DNA of 64,000 nucleotides. Origin: Sulfurimonadaceae bacterium (lineage in GTDB: Bacteria > Campylobacterota > Campylobacteria > Campylobacterales > Sulfurimonadaceae). The position numbers and the translations under genes are program-made. The stretch is taken from contig JBFFUI010000003.1 of NCBI GenBank assembly GCA_041571435.1, positions 1 to 64,000 of the forward strand, in the 5' to 3' direction. The notes beneath the pieces are model-generated. The model was not told where the DNA came from. It searched no databases and saw only the letters and a program-made list of their open reading frames with translations. This document shows, one piece after another, positions 10,027-20,280 of this stretch (positions are counted from its first letter, which is position 1; every line of letters starts with the position of its first letter).

Positions 10027-11457
10027 CTAATCTCTCCCTAAAGGAATTATAGACACCGAAGGTATTGCCCCCGCTGTAGCCATTTTAACATAAACTAATA
10101 CATGCTCTCTTAACGGCAGAGCTATCTCGCTTAGGCTCAATCCGGAAGAAGTTTTGATCGTTAATCGTCCGTTCTCGGGCCGTTGTAGACGTATCAGATC
10201 AAAGCGCTTTGGCAAGGTCGTCCAGGTACGGGTGTCTGCCTGTGTCGAAGCGATTGTATAGATCGTTGTCGCAAGTGATGCCATGGCCCAGGCCAGACCG
10301 GCATTGCCATCAGAGTTCTGCGCCTGACTCTGCGTCTGATACTGTATCACTGCCTTGGTCGTTGCCGAAAAGAGAGCACGCCGTACAATGGCAGGATATT
10401 CTGTTTTAAACTCTGTCAAGATCACCCTATCCATGTCTGAAAGCAATTCACTTCGGTTAACCTTGTCCCCGGTCGCGATCGAGTAGCCCTCAAAAGCACT
10501 GCTGCGAGGGTGCATACGCGGCAATGCCAAAGAGACATAGTTGAGCTTGTTGGAGAATATCCAGACCGGGACATCCATACGCCACTCGGTCTTCACCGGA
10601 GCCTGGCCATCTTCGATGATCACCCACACAAAAGGGATTTCAGTATGTGCCGCGCCGTCAAGACGACTATCGACATAGGCAAGATCTGCCGCGATATAAC
10701 TGTTATCCTGGTTCATACCGTAGGCCTCTTTAAGCAGACCGAAGGCTTTTTGGTTGTCGCCTTCACTCAGGGCGAATATACCTGTCAGGTAGCTGACCAT
10801 CGGGTTGATAAAGTCAGGATAGGCCTCAAAACTGTAGAGCGAAGGGTACTTATCGTGCAGCACCTTCTCGGCTGCCGGCATCGAGGCATCCGTGTTGACA
10901 CCTTTATTGTCTCTGTGCTGCTCTTGCTCGACCGCTTCCCTGTTTCTTTCAATCAATGTTGCGTAAAAGGCTTTTGCACGCCGTTGTCTGTCAACGGCAC
11001 GGTTAAACTCGACCCTGGCACTCTCGCGATCACCCATGGCCAGATAATCGATTGCTTTGTATATGTTTGCCATCACCCCGTCATACTGGGTACCGATATA
11101 GGGTCTGGTCGTGTCATTCACAAGAATACTTGCGCTCCCTTGGCCTATGTCGGCATCTAGAAGCTGTTCACGGTACTGTTTTATCAGCCATTCGCTTTCG
11201 TCAAAAGCCTTGATACTGGCGTTGTTGTCGTGACTGAAACGGTGTGCAAGACCGGCGTTGAGTGTCCATAGAAGATTGTTTCGTTGGGTCCGGTCCGCCG
11301 TGTCGATCTCTTCTTCAGAGACTTTGGCTGCTTCTTTGAAAAGACCTTTTGCCACCAAGGTATCCGTATAAACCATCGCCTCTTTGGGTGCACAGCCGCT
11401 CAAAAAGGCAATCGACAGAAGTGCCAGAAAAACGGTATGCATACTGTTTTGAAACAC
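10027..11457 (-). CDS. COG3014-type helical lipoprotein (Cj0089-like)
   Basis: Lipobox LSG-C; PY.G..YDGVMANIYKAIDY...GD...ARVEFNRA..RQRRAK; ADTRTW.TLP; first gene of a three-gene lipoprotein operon. Confidence 0.8.
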   Translation of the reverse strand: MFQNSMHTVFLALLSIAFLSGCAPKEAMVYTDTLVAKGLFKEAAKVSEEEIDTADRTQRNNLLWTLNAGLAHRFSHDNNASIKAFDESEWLIKQYREQLLDADIGQGSASILVNDTTRPYIGTQYDGVMANIYKAIDYLAMGDRESARVEFNRAVDRQRRAKAFYATLIERNREAVEQEQHRDNKGVNTDASMPAAEKVLHDKYPSLYSFEAYPDFINPMVSYLTGIFALSEGDNQKAFGLLKEAYGMNQDNSYIAADLAYVDSRLDGAAHTEIPFVWVIIEDGQAPVKTEWRMDVPVWIFSNKLNYVSLALPRMHPRSSAFEGYSIATGDKVNRSELLSDMDRVILTEFKTEYPAIVRRALFSATTKAVIQYQTQSQAQNSDGNAGLAWAMASLATTIYTIASTQADTRTWTTLPKRFDLIRLQRPENGRLTIKTSSGLSLSEIALPLREHVLVYVKMATAGAIPSVSIIPLGRD

Positions 11458-11459
11458 AA

Positions 11460-11822
11460 TCAGCCTTTACGATCGATCTCGTTTTGTACCTTTTTAGGCA
11501 AAGCATTGAAGACAAGAGCATAGGAGTCATCGATCCACTCTTCGATGATGCTGTCGGCAGCCTCTCTGTTACAGGTCACGGTGTTCCAGTGCTTTTTGTT
11601 CATATGATATCCGGGATTGATGCAGTCATATATAGATCGCAGTTCAGCCGCGTAAAGAGGATCACATTTCAGGTTTATACGTACCTCTTCGCTGCCATCA
11701 CTGCTGAGCGCGAACATCTTGTTTCCGACTTTGTAGACTGCCGTTACCTTGTCAAACGGATACGCTTTGACAGCACCTTTTTTAGAGAGGCAATAGATTT
11801 CAATACTCTGATGTGTCATCAT
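11460..11822 (-). CDS. MmcQ/YjbR family protein
   Basis: YPF....VYKVGNKMFAL, INLKCDP, PGYHMNKKHWNTV; ATG at 11822 follows AGGAGG. Confidence 0.9.
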   Translation of the reverse strand: MMTHQSIEIYCLSKKGAVKAYPFDKVTAVYKVGNKMFALSSDGSEEVRINLKCDPLYAAELRSIYDCINPGYHMNKKHWNTVTCNREAADSIIEEWIDDSYALVFNALPKKVQNEIDRKG

Positions 11823-11887
11823 TACCTCCTTGGTTGCAGGCATCTATTATTTTGTATAGTTTATAATGCCATAAAAAAAGAGAAACT

Positions 11888-12316
11888 ATGCAACAACACC
11901 AATCTATCAAGGCTGAACACTACCTGACGCCTGCAGAGATCGAAGCGCATCTTGAGGGCGTGGAATACATTATAATGGCAGCACCGACGACGCGTGACAA
12001 CCCGACAACGCCTATCCATTTCACTATTTTTCTCAACACCACGGATGAACTTCCTGTGGATATTCAGCAGGCGATTCTTGATAAATTTGCACAGCAGTAT
12101 AAACTCACCAATATCGTCGATGTCTTCAGTCAGATCGACGCTGTCGCCTTTGCCAAGACAAACCTTGACTCAGTAATGCCGATGCACCTTTTTAAAGAAG
12201 ATGACAAAAAAGCACTTGACCACGCATTTATGCACATACTGGATTTTGAAGCGGATTCAGTAGATTTTCAAGAGGCCAAGACCGGGTCGACCGGCTGGAG
12301 CTACAGCTACAACTAG
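11888..12316 (+). CDS. hypothetical protein
   Basis: 142-aa ORF with purine-rich RBS; no motif recognised. Confidence 0.7.
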   Translation: MQQHQSIKAEHYLTPAEIEAHLEGVEYIIMAAPTTRDNPTTPIHFTIFLNTTDELPVDIQQAILDKFAQQYKLTNIVDVFSQIDAVAFAKTNLDSVMPMHLFKEDDKKALDHAFMHILDFEADSVDFQEAKTGSTGWSYSYN

Positions 12317-13614
12317 CGGCAGGCCGCCTCTATCTCTTCAACACTCTTGGCAATCCCGGCTGAGAGGTTCATACACCCCTCTTTACTCACAAGGATATTA
12401 TCTTCGATACGGATGCCGATTCCCCGGTATTTTTCAGGAACATTCACATCATCTTGAGGCAGGTAGAGCCCCGGTTCTATCGTCAGGACCATCCCCTCTG
12501 TAAACAGCATCTCCGCACCCTTGTCGTCACTGTACGGACAAGGGTCGTGCACATCCAGACCCATCCAGTGGCCGATACCGTGCGGGAAATACTTTTTATG
12601 CGCCTTCTCTTTAATAAGTTCCTCTGTTACACCTTCCAGGATGCCGAATTTTACCATCCCCTCCGTCAGCAGTTTTTCAGAGTAGGCCTGCAGCTCCTTT
12701 TTTGAGCCGCCCGGTTTGATCGCAGCGATCACCTTCAACTGCACATCCAGAACCATATTGTAGATCGCCTTCTGTTCAGGTGTGAACCGGCCGTTTACCG
12801 GGTATGTCCGTGTAATGTCGCTGGCATAAAAACCGTACTCGCACCCTGCATCGACAAGGACCAGCTCTCCCTCTTTTAGCGGCTGGTCATTTTTGATGTA
12901 GTGAAGGGTATTGGCGCTGTTACCACCGGCAATAATGGTGGTATAGGCGTCACTGTATGCCCCCTCTTTTTTAAAGGTGTACTCATATTCTGCCTGCAGC
13001 TGATACTCCATCATCCCGACTCGGCATACCTTCATGGCATGGTGATGGGCTGCTTGCGTTATCAAAAGCGCCTTCTTGATCAGGTCAATCTCTTCTTCGC
13101 TCTTGACCAGGCGCATCTGCTGCGTCAATTTGGTGATGTCGCTGTATGTCCTTGGTGAGCGTGTTACACCCCGGGTATGCAGCATGGTCTTGGCGATTAA
13201 CCTTAACTCATCGTAGATAGCACTGTCGCTAAAGAGATCAAAATAGAGAAGTATCTGCTCTTTCATCAGCTCTTTCATCTGCTCTTCAAAGCTGTCGACA
13301 GCATAGACTTCATCAACCTCAAACTGCTTCTTCGCACTCTCGACACCCAAACGCTCACCCGTCCAGAGCTCCATCTCTGGCACTTTTTGCTGCACAAAAA
13401 GAACGGTTTTGCTGAGATCGGCTTTTTTGTACAGTACCAGGATACTGTTATCCTCTGAAAAACCTGTCAGATAGTAAAAATCGCTGTTGGGTCTGAACGG
13501 GTACTCCGTATCATTCGAACGTGTCTGCATGGTTGCCGTCGAAAGCACAGCTACCCCATCGTCCATCATTGCTATGAGTCTGTTCCGTCGCTCTTTGTAC
13601 ACTGTTTCTGTCAT
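12313..13614 (-). CDS. pepP: Xaa-Pro aminopeptidase
   Basis: RSNDTEYPFR..SDFYYLTGF, LHY, LVDAGCE..YASDITRT, HGIGHWMGLDVHD, TIEPGLY, GIRIEDNILV. Confidence 0.93.
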   Translation of the reverse strand: MTETVYKERRNRLIAMMDDGVAVLSTATMQTRSNDTEYPFRPNSDFYYLTGFSEDNSILVLYKKADLSKTVLFVQQKVPEMELWTGERLGVESAKKQFEVDEVYAVDSFEEQMKELMKEQILLYFDLFSDSAIYDELRLIAKTMLHTRGVTRSPRTYSDITKLTQQMRLVKSEEEIDLIKKALLITQAAHHHAMKVCRVGMMEYQLQAEYEYTFKKEGAYSDAYTTIIAGGNSANTLHYIKNDQPLKEGELVLVDAGCEYGFYASDITRTYPVNGRFTPEQKAIYNMVLDVQLKVIAAIKPGGSKKELQAYSEKLLTEGMVKFGILEGVTEELIKEKAHKKYFPHGIGHWMGLDVHDPCPYSDDKGAEMLFTEGMVLTIEPGLYLPQDDVNVPEKYRGIGIRIEDNILVSKEGCMNLSAGIAKSVEEIEAACR

Positions 13615-13730
13615 AGCGTTATTGTAACAGAAATCTTCTCCGCTTTATCTATATATTTTGTGACAAAGTACGCACATTAATCTCGCAAATAAGCTATACT
13701 TATGCTATACTCAAAAAAAAAGGAGTCAAA

Positions 13731-13910
13731 ATGTGCAATACAGGATTTTTCGACCGTTTTCTCAGAGTGTTTGTCGGGGCATTCTTTGTCTTTCTTGCCG
13801 TCTTTACTGGATGGTTATGGGGTTATATCGGCCTTATCCCTCTACTGACGGGTCTTAGCGGTTTCTGCCCGATCTATACGATCTTTAAGGTCAACACAGG
13901 CTGCAAATAG
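13731..13910 (+). CDS. DUF2892 (YgaP-like) small membrane protein, 59 aa
   Basis: Below the ORF-track cutoff. AGGAG RBS then MCNTGFFDRFLRVFVGAFFVFLAVFTGWLWGYIGLIPLLTGLSGFCPIYTIFKVNTGCK; N.G..DR..R and G.IPL.TG..GFCP.Y motifs. Confidence 0.88.
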   Translation: MCNTGFFDRFLRVFVGAFFVFLAVFTGWLWGYIGLIPLLTGLSGFCPIYTIFKVNTGCK

Positions 13911-13921
13911 AGCACACTGCT

Positions 13922-14542
13922 CTATTGTTCACAACTGGTATTCAAGAAGAGGTTGACCTCAGCGAGCAGTTCGTCGATCATCTCTGCGTACCCTTTCACG
14001 GCACCTTCAACACTTCCTTCAACACCCTCTCTCTCTAGTTCTATCAGTTTCGAAGCGACTATATTACGTCGGTACTGTTCCAAAAGCACAAACTTCACTG
14101 AGACATTCAGTGTCGAACTGCCGTCTTCGTGGATTGTTTGAGAAAACGCATAGATGCTACTCTCCAGAAGCAGATCATTCTTGGCGTACGACTTAAGCGC
14201 GATGACATCTTTGAACATCTTTTGCTGTGTGATCGAACGGGTAAGCAGATTAGAGAGCTGTTCATTCACACTGGCCATCCAGCGTGCCTTTGTGTAGCTG
14301 TAGCTTCGGCCGTTGTCAGTCTCGTAGACAATGTCATTTGTGTTTAAAAGCATCGGGCTTTCGACAAGACCGATGCGCAGTACTTTCTCTTGGCATCCCT
14401 TTGACGTTGCAACCGTGTTGTCGCCCTTTACCTTTAACAGATATTTTGAGGTTGGCGGTACCTTGTTTTGCAGTGAACATCCGCTGAACAGAACAACCAT
14501 GGCCATTGCTGCCAGTACGCTAACTTTTTGTCTATACATCAC
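13922..14542 (-). CDS. ABC-type transport auxiliary lipoprotein (PqiC-like)
   Basis: Lipobox FSG-C; Y..ARW; last gene of the MCE operon. Confidence 0.8.
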   Translation of the reverse strand: MMYRQKVSVLAAMAMVVLFSGCSLQNKVPPTSKYLLKVKGDNTVATSKGCQEKVLRIGLVESPMLLNTNDIVYETDNGRSYSYTKARWMASVNEQLSNLLTRSITQQKMFKDVIALKSYAKNDLLLESSIYAFSQTIHEDGSSTLNVSVKFVLLEQYRRNIVASKLIELEREGVEGSVEGAVKGYAEMIDELLAEVNLFLNTSCEQ

Positions 14543-15498
14543 TTCTCTCCTGGACCGATATCGGGCTCTTCACTCTGCAAAAAGATGTCCGATGGGCTGT
14601 CTTGATAACGTGCAAGAAGCAGCTTGATCTGCTCAAGCGTCGATTCCAGCTCTTTCATGGTGACAGAGAACTGTTTCATCGGCTCTTTTACGCCCTCTTT
14701 CACCGAATAGTCACCGTTTGCATTTCGCTCTTCAAAGACCTTCATGGATGAACCCACCTGTGCTACACTGACCTGATATGCGGCGAGGGCCTTTTCAAAC
14801 CGCTCTTCAAAAAGGACCGTCCGTTCTACCAGACTATCCATCTTCGGTACGACCTTCTCCATCTTTTCAAAGCTTCCTCTCGAAGCACTTAAGAGATGTT
14901 GAAAGTCATCGATACTCTGCGGATTCATGGTCTTGTCCATTTTAGCCATAATCGCGGCGATGTGCCTCAGTATCCGGGTAAACTCTTCCTGATTCTCTTT
15001 GCGCAGCAGCAGCTGTACCGATTCCATGAGGCTGGAAAGGTTGACCGATACCGATCCAAACGACTCTTCAACCTTAACCAAAAATGAAGGGACCGACTTG
15101 ATCACCATGTTTTCTTCGCCATTTTCACAGAGTAGCGGCGCACTTTTACTCCCCTGACTCAGATCGATATAGTTGAGACCGGTGATACCCTGTGCTTTCA
15201 GCTTGGCTACCGTGTCTGTCTTGATCGGGGTGTCACTGTAGACCGAGATGTCGACCTGGATCTCTTCGATATTCTCCTTATTAATGGACATCTTTGTCAC
15301 TTTACCGATCGTCACCCCTCTGTATTTGACTGGCGAATCGATATTCAGACCCGAAACAGACTCCGTAAAGTAGATTCGGAACGATGCCAGATCTTCCTTG
15401 TCAGTCGGTTTGATCAGCCAAATAACAAAGACAAAGATCAGTACGATCGACATAAGCACGAACAGACCGACCATGGAGTAATTTGTTTTTGCGTTCAT
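14539..15498 (-). CDS. MlaD/MCE family protein
   Basis: N-terminal TM; F.ESVSGL..DSPVKYRGVTIG.V; QGITGLNYIDL; helical C-terminal tail. Confidence 0.92.
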   Translation of the reverse strand: MNAKTNYSMVGLFVLMSIVLIFVFVIWLIKPTDKEDLASFRIYFTESVSGLNIDSPVKYRGVTIGKVTKMSINKENIEEIQVDISVYSDTPIKTDTVAKLKAQGITGLNYIDLSQGSKSAPLLCENGEENMVIKSVPSFLVKVEESFGSVSVNLSSLMESVQLLLRKENQEEFTRILRHIAAIMAKMDKTMNPQSIDDFQHLLSASRGSFEKMEKVVPKMDSLVERTVLFEERFEKALAAYQVSVAQVGSSMKVFEERNANGDYSVKEGVKEPMKQFSVTMKELESTLEQIKLLLARYQDSPSDIFLQSEEPDIGPGEK

Positions 15499-15515
15499 CC
15501 TAATCCTTATGTCTC

Positions 15516-16271
15516 TTAATTGTTAAAAAAACGTTCTATAAACGGACTCTTGATCTTTTTGATCTCATCAAGAGTACCCTCGGCAACTATCTTCTTGTTG
15601 TCGATGACCGCCATCCGGTCAAGTGTGTGGCTGATCGAAGTGAGGTCATGAGAGACCATGACCACCGTCAGATTCAAAAGATCACGTAACTTTACTATAA
15701 GTGTATCAAATTCTCGCGCTGAAATCGGGTCGAGGCCCGAAGTCGGTTCATCCAAAAAGAGAATTTTGGGGTCCATCACCAGCGCACGTGCCAACGCCGC
15801 TTTCTTCTTCATACCCCCGCTTAGCTCCGAGGGGTACAATGTGCCGTCAAACTGTTTAAGGCCGACAATATCGATCTTGAAAGCGACAATATCGTTGATT
15901 GCCTCTTGCGATAGGTTTGTGTACTCCTGCAAGGAGAGCGCAATGTTTTCGGCAACCGTGAGTGAGGTGAAAAGGGCATTGGACTGAAAAAGTACACCCC
16001 ACTGCATACGAAGTCTCTGCGCTTCGCGTAGACGGATGGTCTCGATCTTCTCATCCAGCAATTCGATCGAACCGCTCTCAAAACTGTCGAGCATGATGAT
16101 CTCTCGCAGCAGCGTCGACTTGCCGCAGCCGCTCGGCCCCAGGAACCCATAGATCTCCCCCTCGTTAACATGCAGGTTGATCCCGTCATGCACAAGGTTT
16201 TCGCCAAACCGCGTCACAACATTCTTGACCTCTAGGATCTTTTTTCGACTGGATATTTCTGGGCGCATCAT
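15516..16271 (-). CDS. MlaF-like ABC ATPase
   Basis: GPSGCGKS, LFQSNALF, PSELSGGMKK, LFLDEPTSGLDP, SHD. Confidence 0.92.
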   Translation of the reverse strand: MMRPEISSRKKILEVKNVVTRFGENLVHDGINLHVNEGEIYGFLGPSGCGKSTLLREIIMLDSFESGSIELLDEKIETIRLREAQRLRMQWGVLFQSNALFTSLTVAENIALSLQEYTNLSQEAINDIVAFKIDIVGLKQFDGTLYPSELSGGMKKKAALARALVMDPKILFLDEPTSGLDPISAREFDTLIVKLRDLLNLTVVMVSHDLTSISHTLDRMAVIDNKKIVAEGTLDEIKKIKSPFIERFFNN

Positions 16272-17401
16272 CAGTATCCCAAATTTGTAAAGATAATGGA
16301 GAAGAAGGCATCACAGATGATCACGGCGAAGATGGATTCCACCACCGCTTTGGTGGTGTTAAACCCGATACTCTGTGTGTCATTTTTTACCTGCAGACCG
16401 CGGTATATCCCGATCGTGGCGATCAAGAGCGCAAAAAACGGTCCCTTGAACAGACCGATCCAGAAATGTTTGACCTTCACCGCTTCAACGAACCGTTCCA
16501 AAAAAATTGTCGGCGACAACCCCAGGTCGACCTTTGCGATCAAGATCCCTCCGATAAGGCCTGCGATGTCAGCAAAAAAGATCAGTATCGGCATCATGAT
16601 CATCAATGCGAGCATACGCGGCAGGACCAAAAACGCATACGGATCAAACCCCATTGTGCGCATGGCATCAAGCTCTTCGGTGATCTTCATGACCCCGATC
16701 TGTGCAGCATAGGATGAGCCGCTGCGGCCGGCAACGATAATGGCGGCCAGCATCGGTGCAAGCTCACGCAGGATCGAAATACCAAGCATGTCGACGATAA
16801 AGATATTGGCACCATACAGCTTTAACTGCTCCGCGGATTGATAGGCGACGACCACCCCAACCAGGAACATGGTCAGTGCGATGATCGGCAGTGCCTTGAT
16901 CCCGCTTTCATAGATCTCAAAGACCATCTCTTTCCAGCGCATATGCGGCAGATGAATAAATGAGTGTATAAAGATCACGCTCATCTTGCCGAAAAAGCCC
17001 ATAAAGTCTACCAGGTTGTTGACACGTTCAATGCTGTGTTGACCGACAGCCTCGAGAAGACTCTCTTTACGCGGTTCAAAACTGTTGTCAAAATGCGCGT
17101 GTTCCTGGGCCATGGAGAGCATCCTTTTGACCTCGTTCTCCATTTCACTGAAGATCACCTTTTGGTTCTTCTCTTCAGCCTTAACGACCTGTTTCGCGAT
17201 CAGCAAGGCCAATGCGGAGTCCATACTTTCAAGTTTTGAGAGGTCCCACATCACTTCTTCGCTCTTGGTTTTTCTGAGCGATACCCCTACCCTCTTTTCA
17301 ATGGAGGCCAGTTGCTGTATTGTTGGTGCGCCCTGCAGAGTAAAGGTTGTCCTCCCAGCTGTTTGCGTTATGTGAAAGTCATACTTTTTCTGCGCTACCA
17401 T
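16271..17401 (-). CDS. MlaE family permease with N-terminal STAS-like domain
   Basis: LRELAPMLAAIIVAGRSGSSYAAQIG.MKITEELDAMRTMG.DP; TTKAVV.SIF. Confidence 0.92.
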   Translation of the reverse strand: MVAQKKYDFHITQTAGRTTFTLQGAPTIQQLASIEKRVGVSLRKTKSEEVMWDLSKLESMDSALALLIAKQVVKAEEKNQKVIFSEMENEVKRMLSMAQEHAHFDNSFEPRKESLLEAVGQHSIERVNNLVDFMGFFGKMSVIFIHSFIHLPHMRWKEMVFEIYESGIKALPIIALTMFLVGVVVAYQSAEQLKLYGANIFIVDMLGISILRELAPMLAAIIVAGRSGSSYAAQIGVMKITEELDAMRTMGFDPYAFLVLPRMLALMIMMPILIFFADIAGLIGGILIAKVDLGLSPTIFLERFVEAVKVKHFWIGLFKGPFFALLIATIGIYRGLQVKNDTQSIGFNTTKAVVESIFAVIICDAFFSIIFTNLGY

Positions 17402-17404
17402 TGT

Positions 17405-18142
17405 TTACGCTCCCGTTTTTTCGAACAGTTCGTTTTCCAGGGTGTCCGCACCCAAACGCATATAGGCAAGACCGCAGGCGAAAGCAGGAAGATTGATGTA
17501 ATGACACCTTCCGAATACAAGAGAGCAGTTTTGATGATGATGTCCCTCTATGAACATCGAATAGCTCTCAAGGTCCTGTTTGCTGAGATGGTTGGTGATG
17601 AACTTCTCAAAGGTGTACATCTCCTGACAGTCGTTTTTTCGTGCCAGTTTCTTGTCCAGAGCATTGATAATAAAATGCTTTCCGATCCCATCGATCAGAC
17701 TCAAAAAACGCAGGACAAAGCGGTTGCGGATGACTGCAGTGTAGAGACGGTAGCCAAAAGGCGCGTCAAAGTCACCATGTGCAATCGCGACAGAACGCCC
17801 TTTATATTCACACGCAACCGGCTGTTGCTGAATAGGAAAAAGTTTGACACCGGGAAATATCGAAGCCAGGTTGAAATCATGATTACCCTCAAGATAGACG
17901 ATCTCGATATTATCGCTAAGGGTATTAATAAGATCAACGACCTCTTTGTTACGCTCAAGTGTGTAAGGGATCCCGCCAAAAAGCAGGTCAAAGACATCGC
18001 CCATAAAGACGATCTGCGGGGTCTGAAGCTCTTGCGAACGTACCGCTTTTAATAATTCGAGCAGCTCTAGGTGTTTAAAAGAGTAATGGGCATCACCAAG
18101 AAAGATCGCCCCCTCGAGGAGCTGCAGCGGTCTATGGGACAT
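17405..18142 (-). CDS. lpxH: UDP-2,3-diacylglucosamine diphosphatase (LpxH-like metallophosphoesterase)
   Basis: GDAH, MGDVFD, EGNHD, AHGD, GHHH metallophosphoesterase motifs; start taken at the ATG at 18142. Confidence 0.75.
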   Translation of the reverse strand: MSHRPLQLLEGAIFLGDAHYSFKHLELLELLKAVRSQELQTPQIVFMGDVFDLLFGGIPYTLERNKEVVDLINTLSDNIEIVYLEGNHDFNLASIFPGVKLFPIQQQPVACEYKGRSVAIAHGDFDAPFGYRLYTAVIRNRFVLRFLSLIDGIGKHFIINALDKKLARKNDCQEMYTFEKFITNHLSKQDLESYSMFIEGHHHQNCSLVFGRCHYINLPAFACGLAYMRLGADTLENELFEKTGA

Positions 18143-19130
18143 AGGCGATATCAGGCACACCGGCATCTTGGTCCAGGCCCATCATCAAGTTGGCATTGAC
18201 GATCGCCTGCGAGCTTGCCCCGCGGAGCAGGTTGTCGATCGCCGCATTGATAAAGAGCGTCGAACCGTTACGTTTGACAAAAATGTCACAAAAGTTTGTG
18301 CCGGCGACACTTTTCATATCGACGGGGTTTTCGCGGACACGGACGAACGGTGCGTCTTTGTAGTACGCTTTGAGGACGTCCATTGCGTCAAAATCACCTT
18401 CGACCTGCATATAGACAGACGAGAGCATGCCGCGCGTCATCGGCAGCAGATGGGGGACAAAGTTGACACTGCTTTCATCGATACCGAGTTTCTCTGCGAT
18501 CTCGGGACCATGTCGGTGTTGCATAGGGTTGTAGGCAAAAGCATTATCGTTAATCGTCACATAGTGCGTGTTTGTCGAGAGTTTCTTGCCTGCCCCGCTG
18601 ACGCCGCTTTTGGCATCGACGATCAGAGGCGAACCTTCGATCCGGTACTTCATAAACGGGAGTGCCGCCAAAATAGACGCCGTCGGATAACAGCCCGGGT
18701 TGGCGACCAGTTTGGCCTTTTTGAGTGCTTCCGCATTCATCTCAGGGAGTCCGTAAACCGCATGTTGAAGGTTTTCGGCATCGATGTGTTCGACATAGTG
18801 TGCCTCATAACGCTTCTGCTGGAGACGGTAGTCGGCAGAGAGGTCGACCACTTTGATGTCAAGGGCCATCAGCTCTTTGACAAAGCCCATTGCCGTCTTG
18901 TGCGGCAACGCCAGGAATGCCAATTCACACGCTTTGGCGACCTCGGCAGCATCCGCCTTCTCGACATCACACTCGTAGACACCCAGCAGCGACGGGTGCA
19001 GTTCAGTCAATTTGGTGTCACCTTCACTGGTCGCCACATAGGAAAGTTCAAAATGCGGATGTTTGACAATCATCTTGATAAGTTCAAGGCCCGTGTATCC
19101 GCTGGCCCCGATCACTGCGACTTTAATCAT
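18132..19130 (-). CDS. argC: N-acetyl-gamma-glutamyl-phosphate reductase
   Basis: GASGYTGLEL, FLALPH, VDLSADYRL, ANPGCYPT, SGVSGAG, DNLLRGASSQA. Confidence 0.97.
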   Translation of the reverse strand: MIKVAVIGASGYTGLELIKMIVKHPHFELSYVATSEGDTKLTELHPSLLGVYECDVEKADAAEVAKACELAFLALPHKTAMGFVKELMALDIKVVDLSADYRLQQKRYEAHYVEHIDAENLQHAVYGLPEMNAEALKKAKLVANPGCYPTASILAALPFMKYRIEGSPLIVDAKSGVSGAGKKLSTNTHYVTINDNAFAYNPMQHRHGPEIAEKLGIDESSVNFVPHLLPMTRGMLSSVYMQVEGDFDAMDVLKAYYKDAPFVRVRENPVDMKSVAGTNFCDIFVKRNGSTLFINAAIDNLLRGASSQAIVNANLMMGLDQDAGVPDIAYVP

Positions 19131-19638
19131 GGCAGTCAAAGACGATCTCCTGGTATTTGACCTCACTCACCTCAAACTCTTTCACACCACCGGGCAGACG
19201 TACCTTAATCTCATCGCCCTCCTCTTTGCCAAGGATCTGTTTGGCAAGCGGCGAGTTGAAAGAGATCAACCCGATGTCAGGATTGCTCTCACAGCCGCCG
19301 ACAATGGTGTAGGTCACTTCCTCACCGCTCTGCATATCTTCAAGCACGACGGTTGAGCCAAAACTTACGCGGGCATGTTCAAGCTGGCTCGGGTCAACGA
19401 TCTGTGCATTGCCCAGCATATCAGCGATCTCATTCAAACGACGGTCGATGTTGGCCTGTTCCTCTTTACCAGCATGGTACTCGGCATTCTCTTTCAAGTC
19501 ACCCATGTCGGCCGCCTCTTCGATAGCCTTGATCACCTTAGGACGTACCTCGAGCTTCAGGTGGTTCGATTCCGCCTGAAGACGCTCGTATCCGAATTTT
19601 GTCATCGGTTCTATATTCTGTTCCAAAAATCTCTCCAT
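19123..19638 (-). CDS. greA: transcription elongation factor GreA
   Basis: GDLKENAEYH, V.FGSTV, ISFNSPLA; exact start uncertain. Confidence 0.95.
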   Translation of the reverse strand: MERFLEQNIEPMTKFGYERLQAESNHLKLEVRPKVIKAIEEAADMGDLKENAEYHAGKEEQANIDRRLNEIADMLGNAQIVDPSQLEHARVSFGSTVVLEDMQSGEEVTYTIVGGCESNPDIGLISFNSPLAKQILGKEEGDEIKVRLPGGVKEFEVSEVKYQEIVFDCHD

Positions 19639-19796
19639 AGTCTCGACTGCTCCGCTGCGCAGCACAAATAGTATGTATTATACCCTTTGGAGGCAAAAAT
19701 TGGAATAGTGCTCAGGTTTTCGACGGATAACAGGGTATATTTCAATTTATGATCGGTTTGCTATACTTAATCAGAAGATATGCATACCAAGGAGTG

Positions 19797-20231
19797 ATGA
19801 TGACAATTGGTGAACTCTGTATCCGTGATACCTTTATCGTCCAAAAAGATGACACGGTCGTCGAGGCGGCCAAGCTGATGCGTGTGTTTAACGTCGGCGA
19901 CCTGATCGTTGTAGACCCTAGCAGCGACGGCAACACACCGATAGGCATCGTGACCGATCGCGACATCGTTATAAGCGTTGTTGCGGACAATGCCGATCCG
20001 CAGAGTGTCACGGTTGCCGAGATCATGAGCAAAGAACTGGTCACCGGCAGTGAAGAGGACGATCTCTATTCGAGCATAGCGAAGATGCGCCAGCACGGTA
20101 TCCGAAGATTGCCTGTCGTCAACAAAGAGGGGTATCTCAGCGGTATCCTCTCAGTCGATGACATATTGGAGTTTTTAGGTGAAGAGGTCAACGCATTGAT
20201 CGGTCTTGTCTACAAAGAACAGCACATCTAA
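19797..20231 (+). CDS. CBS domain protein
   Basis: AAKLMR..NVG.L.V, GIVTDRDIV, M...GIRRLPVV...GILS.DD; AAGGAG RBS. Confidence 0.9.
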   Translation: MMTIGELCIRDTFIVQKDDTVVEAAKLMRVFNVGDLIVVDPSSDGNTPIGIVTDRDIVISVVADNADPQSVTVAEIMSKELVTGSEEDDLYSSIAKMRQHGIRRLPVVNKEGYLSGILSVDDILEFLGEEVNALIGLVYKEQHI

Positions 20232-20280
20232 AGTGTAGCCGGGTATACGACTACACTTAACCACAAACAGGAGAAGAACC

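Noticed and set aside
18168-19160. 330-aa plus-strand ORF (likewise 17312..18052, 20341..21039, 22672..23379, 25766..26509, 43941..44723, 58215..59075)
   Set aside because: These lie antisense to well-recognised genes and have no motifs; they are codon-bias shadows.
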